The notes: generated by a model from the letters alone, not told the origin. A DNA stretch of 64,000 nucleotides from Vampirovibrionaceae bacterium NZW_1234 (GCA_041697335.1 JBGUGD010000007.1:64001-128000); one strand, 5' to 3'. Shown: positions 18,623-29,185, numbered from the stretch's first letter. Made by a program: numbers and translations.

Positions 18623-18925
18623 TGTTCTCCTTATCTTCTTCTGATTTTGAATCCTATTTTTTGGGCTGGATGACTATGGAGGGCCCTCATCGGACCATGA
18701 TCACGAGTGTCTCTCTATTCACCAAAATACGGATATTCGTAGATGTCCTTGCTTTATGAAAAGGTAGAAATTTGGAACAGCTTACTTCCAGCAGACTTAA
18801 CTGTTGAAAAACTTAGGTGAATCAGGGCATCTGTCAGAGCGGTGAATTGAGTATAGTACACAGTGGTATTGCAGCAATTTGGAAATTGCTGGGCTCGAAG
18901 AGACAGTAGAGATAGGTTTTTAGCG

Positions 18926-20338
18926 ATGACGACGACTTTTAATCGTTCCTTTGATTTGATTATTCTGGGCGGAGGCACCGCCGCGTTGGCCGCTGTGAGT
19001 GAAGCTTTGGATCAGGGTGTAGAGAGAATTCTCCTCATTGAGAAGCAATCGCTTTTAGGGGGCGAATGTGCGTTAAATGCTTGTGTACCCTTGCATTCTT
19101 TAGCCACGGCTGCAACCACACTCCGCGAAATGGAGCACAAGGCACCGGATTATGGCATTACTGTTGAGCAGATGACGTTAGATTATTCATTGCTTCGGGA
19201 AAAAGTGGAGCGCATTGTCAAGGAACGAGTCTCTCGGGGGCAGGATGAATCGGACGAGCGGGTGACAATAATTCAAGGGGAAGCCTCCTTTGTTTCAAGG
19301 CGGGAAGTTCTTGTAGGAGATACTGTTTACCGCGGCGAAATAATTTTCATTGCAACAGGCACACAACCGAGAGTACCTGTCATACCGGGTTTAGAAGAGA
19401 GCGGTTATTTATTGTATCCTCAGGCAACGCATTTAGAATCCCTGCCCATGTCACTCATTGTCCTGGGGGCTGGTCGCATTGGGGTCGAATTTGCCCAGAT
19501 ATTTCATGGGTTAGGGTGTCAGGTTGATCTGGTTGAAGAGCAGGCCAGCATTCTTCCCCGAGTTGATCCGGATGTCAGCTGTGAATTGAATCGCTTGTTT
19601 ACTCATGAATTTATTCATACCTATACCGGGTGTCGTGTCGTAAAAGTTTCACGAAACTCTGATCTCAAGCAGGTGTATCTCGAAGATGGCACTGTGCTTG
19701 AGGCTGAAGAGATCTTGGTGACCACTGGAAGGTGGGGCGTTACCGAAGGGCTTAATTTACAGAATGCGGGTGTTGAAACAGATGAGAATGGTATTATCGT
19801 AGACACGATGCTTCGCACCACGGCGGAAAATATATGGGCCATTGGCGATGTGGTTGGGCCTTATCGGTATACGCATATTGCAAACTATCATGCGGTTATT
19901 GCTGTTCAAAATGCCTTTAAAGAAGCCGAGCGCGCCGTCAATTATAAAACCATTCCCTTTGTTATCTTTACTGAACCTCAGGTGGCCTTTGTGGGCTTGA
20001 CGGAGGAGATGGCGCATCGACAATGTTTATCTGTCATGGTGATGAAAAGCTCTGCAACAGAACCCACCCGGTTTAAAACGGATTCCGATTCGATGGGGTT
20101 TACCAAAGTTATTATTGATGCGGAGAATGATCAGATTGTTGGGGCCCATATTATTGCAAGCCAAGCGGGTGAAATGATTCACTTATTGTCACTGGCCATG
20201 GAGAACCAGCTGTCGGTGTCTCAAATCACCAAGATGGTTTATGCCTACCCCACCAAAATGCAGTTAATTCAAAAGACACTTGAACCCTATCCCAGGGAAA
20301 AAGCCCGAATTCTGGAGTTTGCTCGCACGCAAGCCTAA
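18926..20338 (+). CDS. pyridine nucleotide-disulfide oxidoreductase (dihydrolipoamide dehydrogenase/mercuric reductase-like family)
   Basis: GGGTAA FAD motif, GGECALNACVP redox disulfide, GAGRIGVE, WAIGD; C-terminal AYPT instead of HPT. Confidence 0.88.
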   Translation: MTTTFNRSFDLIILGGGTAALAAVSEALDQGVERILLIEKQSLLGGECALNACVPLHSLATAATTLREMEHKAPDYGITVEQMTLDYSLLREKVERIVKERVSRGQDESDERVTIIQGEASFVSRREVLVGDTVYRGEIIFIATGTQPRVPVIPGLEESGYLLYPQATHLESLPMSLIVLGAGRIGVEFAQIFHGLGCQVDLVEEQASILPRVDPDVSCELNRLFTHEFIHTYTGCRVVKVSRNSDLKQVYLEDGTVLEAEEILVTTGRWGVTEGLNLQNAGVETDENGIIVDTMLRTTAENIWAIGDVVGPYRYTHIANYHAVIAVQNAFKEAERAVNYKTIPFVIFTEPQVAFVGLTEEMAHRQCLSVMVMKSSATEPTRFKTDSDSMGFTKVIIDAENDQIVGAHIIASQAGEMIHLLSLAMENQLSVSQITKMVYAYPTKMQLIQKTLEPYPREKARILEFARTQA

Positions 20339-20368
20339 CCGTTTTGGTTAACGAAAGAGGATGAATGC

Positions 20369-21025
20369 ATGATGATGAGCACTGTTTTATGGAATGTGGC
20401 GAAGCGCTCCCGTCGAACCGTAAGGCCGGGAGTACTGACGGGCGCTGTAGCAACAGGGTTGTTGGGAGTCGCATTGTATCAGTCGTTTAAAATGTACCAT
20501 AACTGGTACGCCACTCGTCCCACGGATTTACCGAAGAAAATGGGAGCACAGTGGGGAGATGCACATCAGGCAATTACAATTCGATGTTCTCCAGATCAGG
20601 TCTTCAGTCTGTTTCAGAATCCGGAATCCTTGGCCGAGATTTTTTCTCACCTTAGTGCGGTTGAGTCTATTGATGCTGAACGTTCTCGTTGGACGGCTTC
20701 TGGGCTCAATGGCGTGGAGATTAGCTGGGATGTCATGATGACAGAGGATATCCCCGGTCGAAAGTTGACTTGGCAGTCCGTTGATACAGAGACATCCAGT
20801 GTTCGGATGTCGGGTAGTGTCACGCTTGTTGATGCCCCTCGCGAGCAGGGAACAGAGGTTCACGTGGATCTTCGGCATAAGCCCTCTGCAGCAGTTACCC
20901 GGGCAGGAATATTTCGATACAAACCTGAAGCCCAACTTGCGGATGACTTGAGGCGGCTCAAGCAACGCCTGGAGTTGGGTACCAGCCCCACAATTGAAGG
21001 TCAGCCTGCCGGTAGCGTCAGTTAG
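20369..21025 (+). CDS. SRPBCC (cyclase/dehydrase-like) family protein
   Basis: ITIRCSPDQVF...SRWTA...ISWD...PGRKLTWQS...GTEVHV...DDLRRLKQRLELG...TIEGQPAG. Confidence 0.88.
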   Translation: MMMSTVLWNVAKRSRRTVRPGVLTGAVATGLLGVALYQSFKMYHNWYATRPTDLPKKMGAQWGDAHQAITIRCSPDQVFSLFQNPESLAEIFSHLSAVESIDAERSRWTASGLNGVEISWDVMMTEDIPGRKLTWQSVDTETSSVRMSGSVTLVDAPREQGTEVHVDLRHKPSAAVTRAGIFRYKPEAQLADDLRRLKQRLELGTSPTIEGQPAGSVS

Positions 21026-21073
21026 GTACGCCACACCTAGATTTAAAATAGTAGAAAGAAGGAGAAGGGCGAG

Positions 21074-22252
21074 ATGAAAGCACTTTGCTGGAACGGCATT
21101 AATGATCTGCGTGTGGAAACCGTGAGCGATCCGGAAATTTTACAGCCTACCGATGCCATCGTCAGGGTGATCTTATCAACCACGTGTGGATCTGACTTAC
21201 ATCTGCTCCATGGGTTTGTTCCGACCATGAAACCGGGCGATATTATCGGTCATGAATTTATGGGGGAGGTGGTTGAGGTTGGCGCTGAGGTTCAGCGTTT
21301 GAAGAAAGGAGATCGGGTTACGGTTATTTCAATCATTGGTTGTGGCCAATGTACTCATTGTCAAAATGAGCAATGGTCCTTGTGTGACAATTCCAACATC
21401 AATCGAGAGCCGTTGGATACCATGCTGGGTCATACGACGGCTGGAATTTACGGGTATTCCCATGCCTTTGGCGGCTATGCCGGCAGTCATGCCGAATACA
21501 TCCGGGTTCCTTTTGCGGACTATGGGGCTGTTAAGATCCCGGATGGCGTTACGGATGAACAGGCATTATTTGTCTCGGATGCAGTTCCCACCGGATACAT
21601 GGGGGCCGATCTGTGCGATATAAAGCCGGGTGATGTGGTGGCCGTTTGGGGCGCCGGTGGCGTAGGCCAAATGGCAGCTAAAAGTGCGTTCTTAAAAGGT
21701 GCTGAACGAGTAATTGTTATCGATCAGGTCCAACATCGTCTGGATCTGGCCCAACAGATGTTAGGGGTCGAGACATTAAACACGCGTGACAATAACTATA
21801 TGCACAGCTTGGAGGAAATGACCGGTGGCCGTGGCCCAGATGCCTGTATTGACGCCGTGGGCATGGAGTCTGACTCCAATAACCGACTTGAGGACATCTA
21901 TGACAAGGTGGAACAGTCGCTTCGCATGCAGTCGGATAGGCCATCTGTTTTGCGTCATGCCATTTTAGCCTGCCGTAAGGGTGGGACAATCTCGATTATG
22001 GGGGTGTATGGCGGCTTGGTTGATAAACTACCCATTGGGGCGGCGATGAACAAAGGGTTGACCTTTAAGATGGGACAGCAATTCGGGCAAAAATATGCCC
22101 CTGTATTATTTGAGCATATCCAGCGGGGTGAGCTGGATCCATCTTATATGATAACCCACAAAATAACTCTGGATGAGGCTCCTGAAGGATATAAGACTTT
22201 TTCAAAAAGAAAGGACAATTGTCTGAGAGTTGTCATTTCTCCATCATCTTAG
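21074..22252 (+). CDS. zinc-dependent alcohol dehydrogenase (glutathione-dependent formaldehyde dehydrogenase-like)
   Basis: CGSDLH, GHEFMGEV, CGQCTHC...C structural Zn site, GRGPDACIDAVGME. Confidence 0.93.
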   Translation: MKALCWNGINDLRVETVSDPEILQPTDAIVRVILSTTCGSDLHLLHGFVPTMKPGDIIGHEFMGEVVEVGAEVQRLKKGDRVTVISIIGCGQCTHCQNEQWSLCDNSNINREPLDTMLGHTTAGIYGYSHAFGGYAGSHAEYIRVPFADYGAVKIPDGVTDEQALFVSDAVPTGYMGADLCDIKPGDVVAVWGAGGVGQMAAKSAFLKGAERVIVIDQVQHRLDLAQQMLGVETLNTRDNNYMHSLEEMTGGRGPDACIDAVGMESDSNNRLEDIYDKVEQSLRMQSDRPSVLRHAILACRKGGTISIMGVYGGLVDKLPIGAAMNKGLTFKMGQQFGQKYAPVLFEHIQRGELDPSYMITHKITLDEAPEGYKTFSKRKDNCLRVVISPSS

Positions 22253-22320
22253 CTTCAAGGCTCTCTAAATCATTTTATAATCTGTCTATTTCAGCCAGAG
22301 CCAAAAAATCAAATCCGTAA

Positions 22321-22351
22321 CTACCCACCTGACTAATAGCCAGGTGGGTAG
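22321..22351 (+). terminator. probable intrinsic terminator after the Zn-ADH operon
   Basis: 11-bp stem CTACCCACCTG / CAGGTGGGTAG with 9-nt loop followed by ATTTCT. Confidence 0.65.
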
Positions 22352-22485
22352 ATTTCTGTCATTGTCCAAGTAGGTTGGTGATAGTGAGAGCCTCGACTCT
22401 GAATTATTTTTCCCCCTGATTAATCCCGTTTTGGCTGGGTATTTTAGCCCAAATTGCGTAAGAGCATATCAAATGCAGGCAGAAC

Positions 22486-25400
22486 ATGTACATTGACGAA
22501 CATGTGCGTATAGCATCCAAGAGTAACGTTTCTGAGACCGTTTCGCAGCAGACAGCATCTGCAGCTCTACTTTTTCTGGATGCCGAGGGGCGTGTTCTGT
22601 CAGCGACTCCAGCTTGGACAAGGCTATCAGGCTATGGATTACGTGAGAGTCAGGGGCGGCTTCTCAGTGATTTAGTCCGTTCTAATACATCCATCCCTGG
22701 TTATAAACCATCGGTCTCGTCTGAAGGAGCCGTCATCGGCGTCCTATTGCGCGGTGAATCCAGTGAGTATCTGCCGGATGTGTTTGTCCATAAACTCGGT
22801 CATCATTACTCGGTGCTATGCTCTGTTCAACCCCTGGTTGAGCAGGGGCACACTCTCGGCAGCATGTTGGAAGTTCGCAAGGGAATGTCATTGCCTGGCC
22901 TGAATGAAGAGGACGTTTTGCCCTCGCCGGTCAACCTGAAGTTGTTTGATCAAACACAAGTAGGGATTGCCAGTACAGACCTGACCGGTCGGTTTTTGTA
23001 TGCTAATAAAGCCTATTGCCAGCTTGTAGAACGTTCCGAGAGTGACCTTCTTGACTTGCGGATGCAGGACATCACCCATCCAGAAGACTTGGCGGCCAAT
23101 TTACCTCTGTTTCAAAAAGCCGTCCAAGCCGGTGAAGCATTTTCAATTGTGAAACGGTATATTTTGCCCGATGGTCGTCATCGTTGGGTGAACAATCATG
23201 TTCATGCCCTTAAGGATAGCAAGGGACAATTTCGAGAGGTGGTTGCTCTTTCTGTCGATATCAGTGAGCAGAAACTTCTGGAAGAGCGGTTAGGCCGGCA
23301 GGAAGCAAGCTTACGGGAGTTAACCCATACTATTCCGTCGATTGTCTGGCGGGCAGATGCGACAGGTGCATGTACCTTTGTGAATCGCCAATGGGAAATC
23401 TTTAGCGGTGAGCCATTTGAAAGTGCTTCCGGCTGGAACTGGATGGCCTTTCTACACCCGGAAGATTTACACCTGTGTGACAGCATAAAACACAAATTCA
23501 GCAATGGGGAACCTTACGAATTAGAGTATCGCCTACGCCGTGCCGATGGGATTTATCGGTGGTTTATTGCGCGTAGTCAGCCTATATATAATTCACATGG
23601 GGAAATTTCTCACTGGTATGGATCATGTACCGATATTACAGAGCAAAAAGAAGCTCAAACAGCTCTTGAAGTAAGTGAAGAACGCTTAAAGCAAATTACC
23701 AATTCTGTACCGGCTATTGTTTGGGTCGCAGATTCAAGTGGTGCTGTTAGCTATATCAGTGAACGTTGGACGGAATATACCGGAGAACCCGTCATCAACG
23801 CCTTGGGTGCGGGGTGGGTTTCAATTCCCCATCCTGATGACTTGCCTAGCGTCAAAGCGGCTTGGCAGTATTCGCTTGAAACGGGGGAAGCTTTTGAGGT
23901 AGAAACCCGATTCAAGCATCATAGCGGACAGTATCGTTGGATGCGGGTCTGGGCACATCCAGCCAAAGATGCTAATGGTCGAGTTATTGCCTGGTATGGC
24001 TCTAACACCGATATTCATAAAAAGCGGATGATGTTGCAAGCCATCGAGCAAAGTGAGGCCCGCTATCGCCAGGTGTTTGAATCCGACTTGATTGGTATGG
24101 CCATCGGGTTTATCGATGGGACGTTGATCGAGGTTAACGAATGTTATGCCAAGATGGTTGGCTATTCCCGGGACGATGTTGTTTCCGGAAAAGTCAACTG
24201 GGCTGCTTTAACTCCGGCAGACTATTTAGACGTTGAAATGATGTATTTGGCCCGAATGCGAGAGACAGGAGAGCCGCAGACCTATGAAAAGCAATATATT
24301 CATCGTGATGGGCATCGGATTGATATTTTAATTTATGCGACGTTCATGGATGCGGATCAGCAAATTATCCTGGGGCTGGTTCAAAACATTACCGAGCGCA
24401 AACAATACGAGCGTGCGCTGGTGCAAAGCGAAACCCGCTTTCGACAGTTGGCCGAGAACCATGCGGTGGGCGTTATTTTCTGGGATTTGGATGGGGACAT
24501 TTGGGATGCCAATGACGTGCTTCTTAATTTATTAGGCTATACGCGAGAGGAGCTTCGAGCCGGAAAGCTGAATTGGAAGGCCATTACACCCGAGCAGTGG
24601 CAAGAACAGGATGCAAAAGCAGCCCAGGAAATTATTGACCTGGGAAAGCATGCGTCCTTCGAAAAGCAATACCGCCATAAAGATGGTTCCTTAATTGATG
24701 TCATGCTCAGCGGCGAACGCTTTGCTGGAGAGGAGCGTTGTGGCTTTTCATTGGTGGTAGATATTCGAGAGATTAAGCAGGCCAAGCGAGCCTTGGAGGA
24801 GAGTGAGCGTCAATTTCGGACGCTTGCGGATTCAATTCCGCAATTGGCCTGGATTGCTGATGGCGAAGGTTGGGTCTTTTGGTATAACCAACAATGGTAT
24901 GACTATACGGGGACAAATCCTGAAGAGGTGCATGGTTGCGGATGGAAGGCTGTTCATCATCCCGATTACCGGGATCGTGTTGTTGCCTTTTTATCCGATG
25001 CCTGGACCAAGCCTGAACCCTGGGAATTTGAATTTCCGCTGCGTCGTTACGATGGTCAATGGGGCTGGTTTCTTACCCGGGCAACCCCGGTCTTAGACCG
25101 GGAGGGCAAAATTGTTCGCTGGTTCGGGACCAATACCGATATTACTGCTCAAAAAGAGAGCGAAAAGCGCTTTCAAGAATTATATGACTGGGAAAAGAAA
25201 ACGCTTCAAATTGTGGAAGCCCTTCGGGAGCCGCAACCACCGGATATGATGTTGCATTGTCTGGTTAATCAGCTAGGTGAGGCGCTTCATGTAGATCGGG
25301 TATTCCTCTTGGAGTTTGATCGCAACGGCCATGGCTTGCCAGTTAGCTTCGAATATTTAAGTCATCCGAATTTTCCATCAATCCAAGGGCGTATTCCTCC

Positions 25401-26466
25401 TTGGGAAGAATGTCCCTTTGCTCAACAGGCCATACAACTGCAACATCCTTTTTCGACCGATGTGTTGGTTAGTGATTGCTTGGACTCAATTCCGTCGGTT
25501 AAATACTTCGTCGAGGAATTTGGTATTCGCGGCATTATGGCCTCTCCCATTGTTTATCATAATGAATTATTGGCAATCGTCTTGGTTCATACGAATCAGC
25601 CACGCCAGTGGCATGAGCGTGAATTGTACTTTGTTCGCACAGTCTGTAATCAGGCTGCTATTAGTATTTATCAGGCTCGTGCCAAAGCCGAGCTGGAAAT
25701 ACTCTCTCGTCGAAAAAGTGAATTTGTCGCATTGATGAGCCATGAACTCAGAACACCGTTGAATTCAATATTGGGCTATTCCAAGATGATTGAAACGGAA
25801 GTGGCCGGTCCGATTAATGAAAAACAACGACGATTCGCTCAGAATGTGAGCATCAGCGGCCAACATTTGCTCAATATTATTAATGATCTCTTGGATGTGT
25901 CCAAAATCGAAGCTGGGAAAATGCAAATTAATCCAGAATGGTTGGATGTGCATGCGGTTATGGCCGAAGTCAACCAGATGATGACGCAACTGGCCAAAGA
26001 GAAGCAGGTACATTTAATGATTAATATCCAGCCTGAGCTGGATCGGGTTTTTGCGGATCAGGGACGGTTTCGTCAAATATTACTCAATCTGATCAATAAC
26101 GCCATTAAGTTCAATCGTCCTGGAGGTGAAGTATTGGTCCGGCTTTGTTGGCAGGAAGATGACTTTGTCGGTATTATTCAGGATACAGGTGCAGGCATTC
26201 CCGGGCACAAGCAGGCCGACTTATTTAAGCGCTTTCATCAAGTCGATGCTTCCTCCTCAAGAACCCAAGAGGGGACTGGCTTAGGGCTGGCATTGACAAA
26301 GGATTTATTGGAGTTGCATGGGGGCAGTATTCAGGTTGAAAGTGAAGAGGGTTCAGGCTCAACCTTTACGTTTCGCCTGCCGCGGGATGCTTCCAAGGTT
26401 GTAGAGGCAAGCCAAGCCCGTTTGGATGAGTCTGCTTCTCTGGTAATGCCTCAGTTGGCACAATAA
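22486..26466 (+). CDS. multi-PAS (about 7) + GAF sensor histidine kinase
   Basis: repeated HPED/HPDD...YRW...WYGSxTDI PAS/PAC units, GAF region, H-box SHELRTPL, N-box NLINNAIKF, G-boxes DTGAGI and GTGLGL. Confidence 0.95.
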   Translation: MYIDEHVRIASKSNVSETVSQQTASAALLFLDAEGRVLSATPAWTRLSGYGLRESQGRLLSDLVRSNTSIPGYKPSVSSEGAVIGVLLRGESSEYLPDVFVHKLGHHYSVLCSVQPLVEQGHTLGSMLEVRKGMSLPGLNEEDVLPSPVNLKLFDQTQVGIASTDLTGRFLYANKAYCQLVERSESDLLDLRMQDITHPEDLAANLPLFQKAVQAGEAFSIVKRYILPDGRHRWVNNHVHALKDSKGQFREVVALSVDISEQKLLEERLGRQEASLRELTHTIPSIVWRADATGACTFVNRQWEIFSGEPFESASGWNWMAFLHPEDLHLCDSIKHKFSNGEPYELEYRLRRADGIYRWFIARSQPIYNSHGEISHWYGSCTDITEQKEAQTALEVSEERLKQITNSVPAIVWVADSSGAVSYISERWTEYTGEPVINALGAGWVSIPHPDDLPSVKAAWQYSLETGEAFEVETRFKHHSGQYRWMRVWAHPAKDANGRVIAWYGSNTDIHKKRMMLQAIEQSEARYRQVFESDLIGMAIGFIDGTLIEVNECYAKMVGYSRDDVVSGKVNWAALTPADYLDVEMMYLARMRETGEPQTYEKQYIHRDGHRIDILIYATFMDADQQIILGLVQNITERKQYERALVQSETRFRQLAENHAVGVIFWDLDGDIWDANDVLLNLLGYTREELRAGKLNWKAITPEQWQEQDAKAAQEIIDLGKHASFEKQYRHKDGSLIDVMLSGERFAGEERCGFSLVVDIREIKQAKRALEESERQFRTLADSIPQLAWIADGEGWVFWYNQQWYDYTGTNPEEVHGCGWKAVHHPDYRDRVVAFLSDAWTKPEPWEFEFPLRRYDGQWGWFLTRATPVLDREGKIVRWFGTNTDITAQKESEKRFQELYDWEKKTLQIVEALREPQPPDMMLHCLVNQLGEALHVDRVFLLEFDRNGHGLPVSFEYLSHPNFPSIQGRIPPWEECPFAQQAIQLQHPFSTDVLVSDCLDSIPSVKYFVEEFGIRGIMASPIVYHNELLAIVLVHTNQPRQWHERELYFVRTVCNQAAISIYQARAKAELEILSRRKSEFVALMSHELRTPLNSILGYSKMIETEVAGPINEKQRRFAQNVSISGQHLLNIINDLLDVSKIEAGKMQINPEWLDVHAVMAEVNQMMTQLAKEKQVHLMINIQPELDRVFADQGRFRQILLNLINNAIKFNRPGGEVLVRLCWQEDDFVGIIQDTGAGIPGHKQADLFKRFHQVDASSSRTQEGTGLGLALTKDLLELHGGSIQVESEEGSGSTFTFRLPRDASKVVEASQARLDESASLVMPQLAQ

Positions 26467-26618
26467 ACCCGATGCCAATTTGCATGGCCAAAGCGTTTGC
26501 TCTGAACGACGAGCAAGGTTGCATCTGACCGTTACAATGCGTTGTAATCTCTTGTGTGTTGTGCTTTTTTTCGTCATATTTATACAAAATCAGAATGCTT
26601 ATTGCTCGGAGTTTTTGT

Positions 26619-27227
26619 ATGTCTTTCCCTCCTGTATCCTATACCCCGGTTCTCCCTCCTGTACGTTTTAAAGCCGCTCCGTCTCGTCCGACCACAGAGC
26701 TTATTCCCCAACCTCAGCCTCAACAAGCCCTTGGGCGTTTCGATTCTGAAAACCGACCTTTATTAAACCACTGGCTGCAAACCTTAACTCGGGAAGTAAA
26801 AGAATACAAGATCATTCCTGAGTCCTTGTGGAAAGACCCCGAGGTGCCTTTCGGCACCATGGTTAAACGAGTGTTAGCCAATGTCACCCAGCCCGGTAAT
26901 TACAAAAGTTGTGTGATGGTTCAGGTCGATACCCATCAAGACGGCTCGAAGTCATTTGTGATCACTGATCCTGGCATGTATACCAAGCATGTTTATCTCG
27001 CCGATCAGTACCGTCAGCATATTCGTTTTGACGCTCCGAAGAACAAACCTCCTCAAGCAATCGTGTTTCGCCAGGCTTGGTCCGGATCCACCTATGGTGT
27101 CAAAAAAGAATCTATTTTTGCGGATAAAGCAACCATGAAGCAAGTGGCGACCTTGGCCCGCCAACTCGAAGATCTGATTGAGCCGCCGACACGCTGGCAG
27201 CGTTTTACGCGCCTGTTTGGTTTCTAG
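26619..27227 (+). CDS. hypothetical protein with Pro/Ser-rich N-terminus
   Basis: GGAG RBS before ATG 26619; MSFPPVSYTPVLPPVRFKA start. Confidence 0.65.
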   Translation: MSFPPVSYTPVLPPVRFKAAPSRPTTELIPQPQPQQALGRFDSENRPLLNHWLQTLTREVKEYKIIPESLWKDPEVPFGTMVKRVLANVTQPGNYKSCVMVQVDTHQDGSKSFVITDPGMYTKHVYLADQYRQHIRFDAPKNKPPQAIVFRQAWSGSTYGVKKESIFADKATMKQVATLARQLEDLIEPPTRWQRFTRLFGF

Positions 27228-27554
27228 TCCTTTTTCGAAAAACAGAGAACCCTAAGGGAAGGCCTCTGTAATGTGAGGGCTTTTCTTGTTGGTGGCTTTG
27301 CAAACCCGGCAATCGTGACAGGGTATTGAGGAACACGAGATCGCGAGAGGGTTTAGAAACATCTTGAAATGGGAATAATAGCAAAAAACCACTTTAAAAA
27401 CCGAATATTCTCTTAGAAAGGCTCTTTGGCCTATCTGGAGGTCGACTGAAATTCGACAAAACGCGTCGAAACGCGGTAAATGAACTTTCGGGGGAGGTTC
27501 TTTAATCGGTAAAACATAGTCAGGGAAAGGGTTTTTTGGGTTTTGTGCCCTCGG

Positions 27555-27642
27555 AATCAACGCGAAATCGACGCGACACTAACGTGAAATTGACGGCGGA
27601 TTGTCGATCCTGCGTCGACATTTTGTCGACAAAATGTCGGAC
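27555..27642. promoter_or_regulatory. 11-bp-periodic degenerate repeat array ending in a perfect 24-bp palindrome, upstream of cydA
   Basis: units AATCAACGCGA, AATCGACGCGA, CACTAACGTGA, AATTGACGGCG, GATTGTCGATC, CTGCGTCGACA, TTTTGTCGACA, AAATGTCGGAC; palindrome CGACATTTTGTCGACAAAATGTCG at 27616-27639. Confidence 0.55.
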
Positions 27643-27754
27643 GACACAACCTGGTCATGTTCTTATCGCCTCATCACCCGCCTGGACAGTAGGCGCCGAC
27701 CACGCCCCCATGATACAACTCGAGGGTTAGCTTTGGTCGAGATGCCCCTGAACG

Positions 27755-29185
27755 ATGGCTATGGATCCTGTTACCCTCTCCCGAGTCCAGTTTGCATGGA
27801 CCATTATGTTTCATTATCTCTTTCCACCCCTTAGCATTGGTTTGGGCGGATTACTGGTGTTGATGGAGGGGATGTATCTTAAGACGAAGAACCCCCTGTA
27901 TGAAGCGATGACCAAATTCTGGGTAAAGGTTTTTGCCCTGAACTTTTCCATGGGGGTGGCAACCGGCATTGTCATGGAATTTCAGTTTGGGACGAATTGG
28001 GCAACCTACTCCCGGTTTGTGGGCGATGTCTTTGGCGCTGCTCTGGCGTCCGAGGGAATTTTTGCCTTCTTCTTGGAATCCGGCTTTTTAGCGGTTCTTT
28101 TGTTTGGCTGGAATAGGGTCTCTCCCAAGGTGCATTTCTTCGCAACCTGTATGGTGGCTTTTGGGGCCACGTTCAGTGCATTCTGGATTAACGTGGCCAA
28201 TAGCTGGCAACAGATTCCCGTGGGGCATCGCATTGTGGCGCACGCCGGAGAACTCCGGGCGGAAGTGGCCGACTTCTGGGCCGTCATATTGGGGCCAAGT
28301 ACCCTGGAGCGCTTCACTCATGCTGTTTTAGGCGGGTGGATTCAGGCCTCTTTCTTTGTCATGAGTATTGCCGCCTTCTACCTGTTAAAGCAGCGCCATC
28401 TGGATTTCGCGCGCCGGTCCTTTGTCATTGCACTAATTACGGCTGCTTTGGTGACGCCATTACAGGCCATGGTGGGGTCGCGTCAGGGGGAAATCGTGGG
28501 TGAGTATCAACCGGCAAAGTTAGCCGCGTTTGAGGCGCATTATCACACATCCCGACAAGCGCCGCTCTGGCTCATCGGCTTTCCGGATGAGGCTCACGAT
28601 ACGGTTCGGTTCGGAGTGCCTATTCCAGGACTGGTCAGCTTTTTATCAAAGGGGGATTTTAACGCCGAGGTCAAAGGATTATTGGACTTTCCAAAACAGG
28701 ATCGCCCGCCTGTGGCCGTACCGTTTTATTCCTTTCGCCTGATGGTGGGGATTGGGATGTACCTGATTGCCTTAAGCTGGCTTGGGCTTTACTTGTTCTG
28801 GAGAAAGACGCTTTTTCAAAAACGCTGGCTCTTGTGGGTTTTTGTTTTCTCGGTGCTGGGGCCCTATATTGCGAATCAGGCCGGCTGGGTGGCCGCTGAA
28901 GTCGGACGACAGCCCTGGATTGTCTATGGTATTCTCCGCACCCAGGAGGCTGCATCCAAAGTTGTTGTGGCTCAGGACATTTTGTGGTCTATCGCAATGT
29001 TTACAGCGATCTATGGGCTGCTGTTCCTGATTTTTCTGTACAGCTTGAATCGCAAGATTCAACATGGCCCCGACCCTGTTGCCGAGAGCCCACAGGCGCA
29101 TCATCGGCCCGTTCAGGAGTGGATGGAGTTGACGGGTGAGCGCAATGACCCGGCCGATAAAACAGATTGGGTGGATGAGGGCTAG
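27755..29185 (+). CDS. cydA: cytochrome bd ubiquinol oxidase subunit I
   Basis: SRVQFAWTIMFHYLFPPL, GVATGIVMEFQFGTNW, QPAKLAAFE, GWVAAEVGRQPW. Confidence 0.97.
   Translation: MAMDPVTLSRVQFAWTIMFHYLFPPLSIGLGGLLVLMEGMYLKTKNPLYEAMTKFWVKVFALNFSMGVATGIVMEFQFGTNWATYSRFVGDVFGAALASEGIFAFFLESGFLAVLLFGWNRVSPKVHFFATCMVAFGATFSAFWINVANSWQQIPVGHRIVAHAGELRAEVADFWAVILGPSTLERFTHAVLGGWIQASFFVMSIAAFYLLKQRHLDFARRSFVIALITAALVTPLQAMVGSRQGEIVGEYQPAKLAAFEAHYHTSRQAPLWLIGFPDEAHDTVRFGVPIPGLVSFLSKGDFNAEVKGLLDFPKQDRPPVAVPFYSFRLMVGIGMYLIALSWLGLYLFWRKTLFQKRWLLWVFVFSVLGPYIANQAGWVAAEVGRQPWIVYGILRTQEAASKVVVAQDILWSIAMFTAIYGLLFLIFLYSLNRKIQHGPDPVAESPQAHHRPVQEWMELTGERNDPADKTDWVDEG

Noticed and set aside
18926..20338. Calling this merA or lpdA
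   Set aside because: Lacks the MerA C-terminal Cys pair and mer genes; lacks the LpdA HPT-x-x-E motif and 2-oxoacid dehydrogenase neighbours
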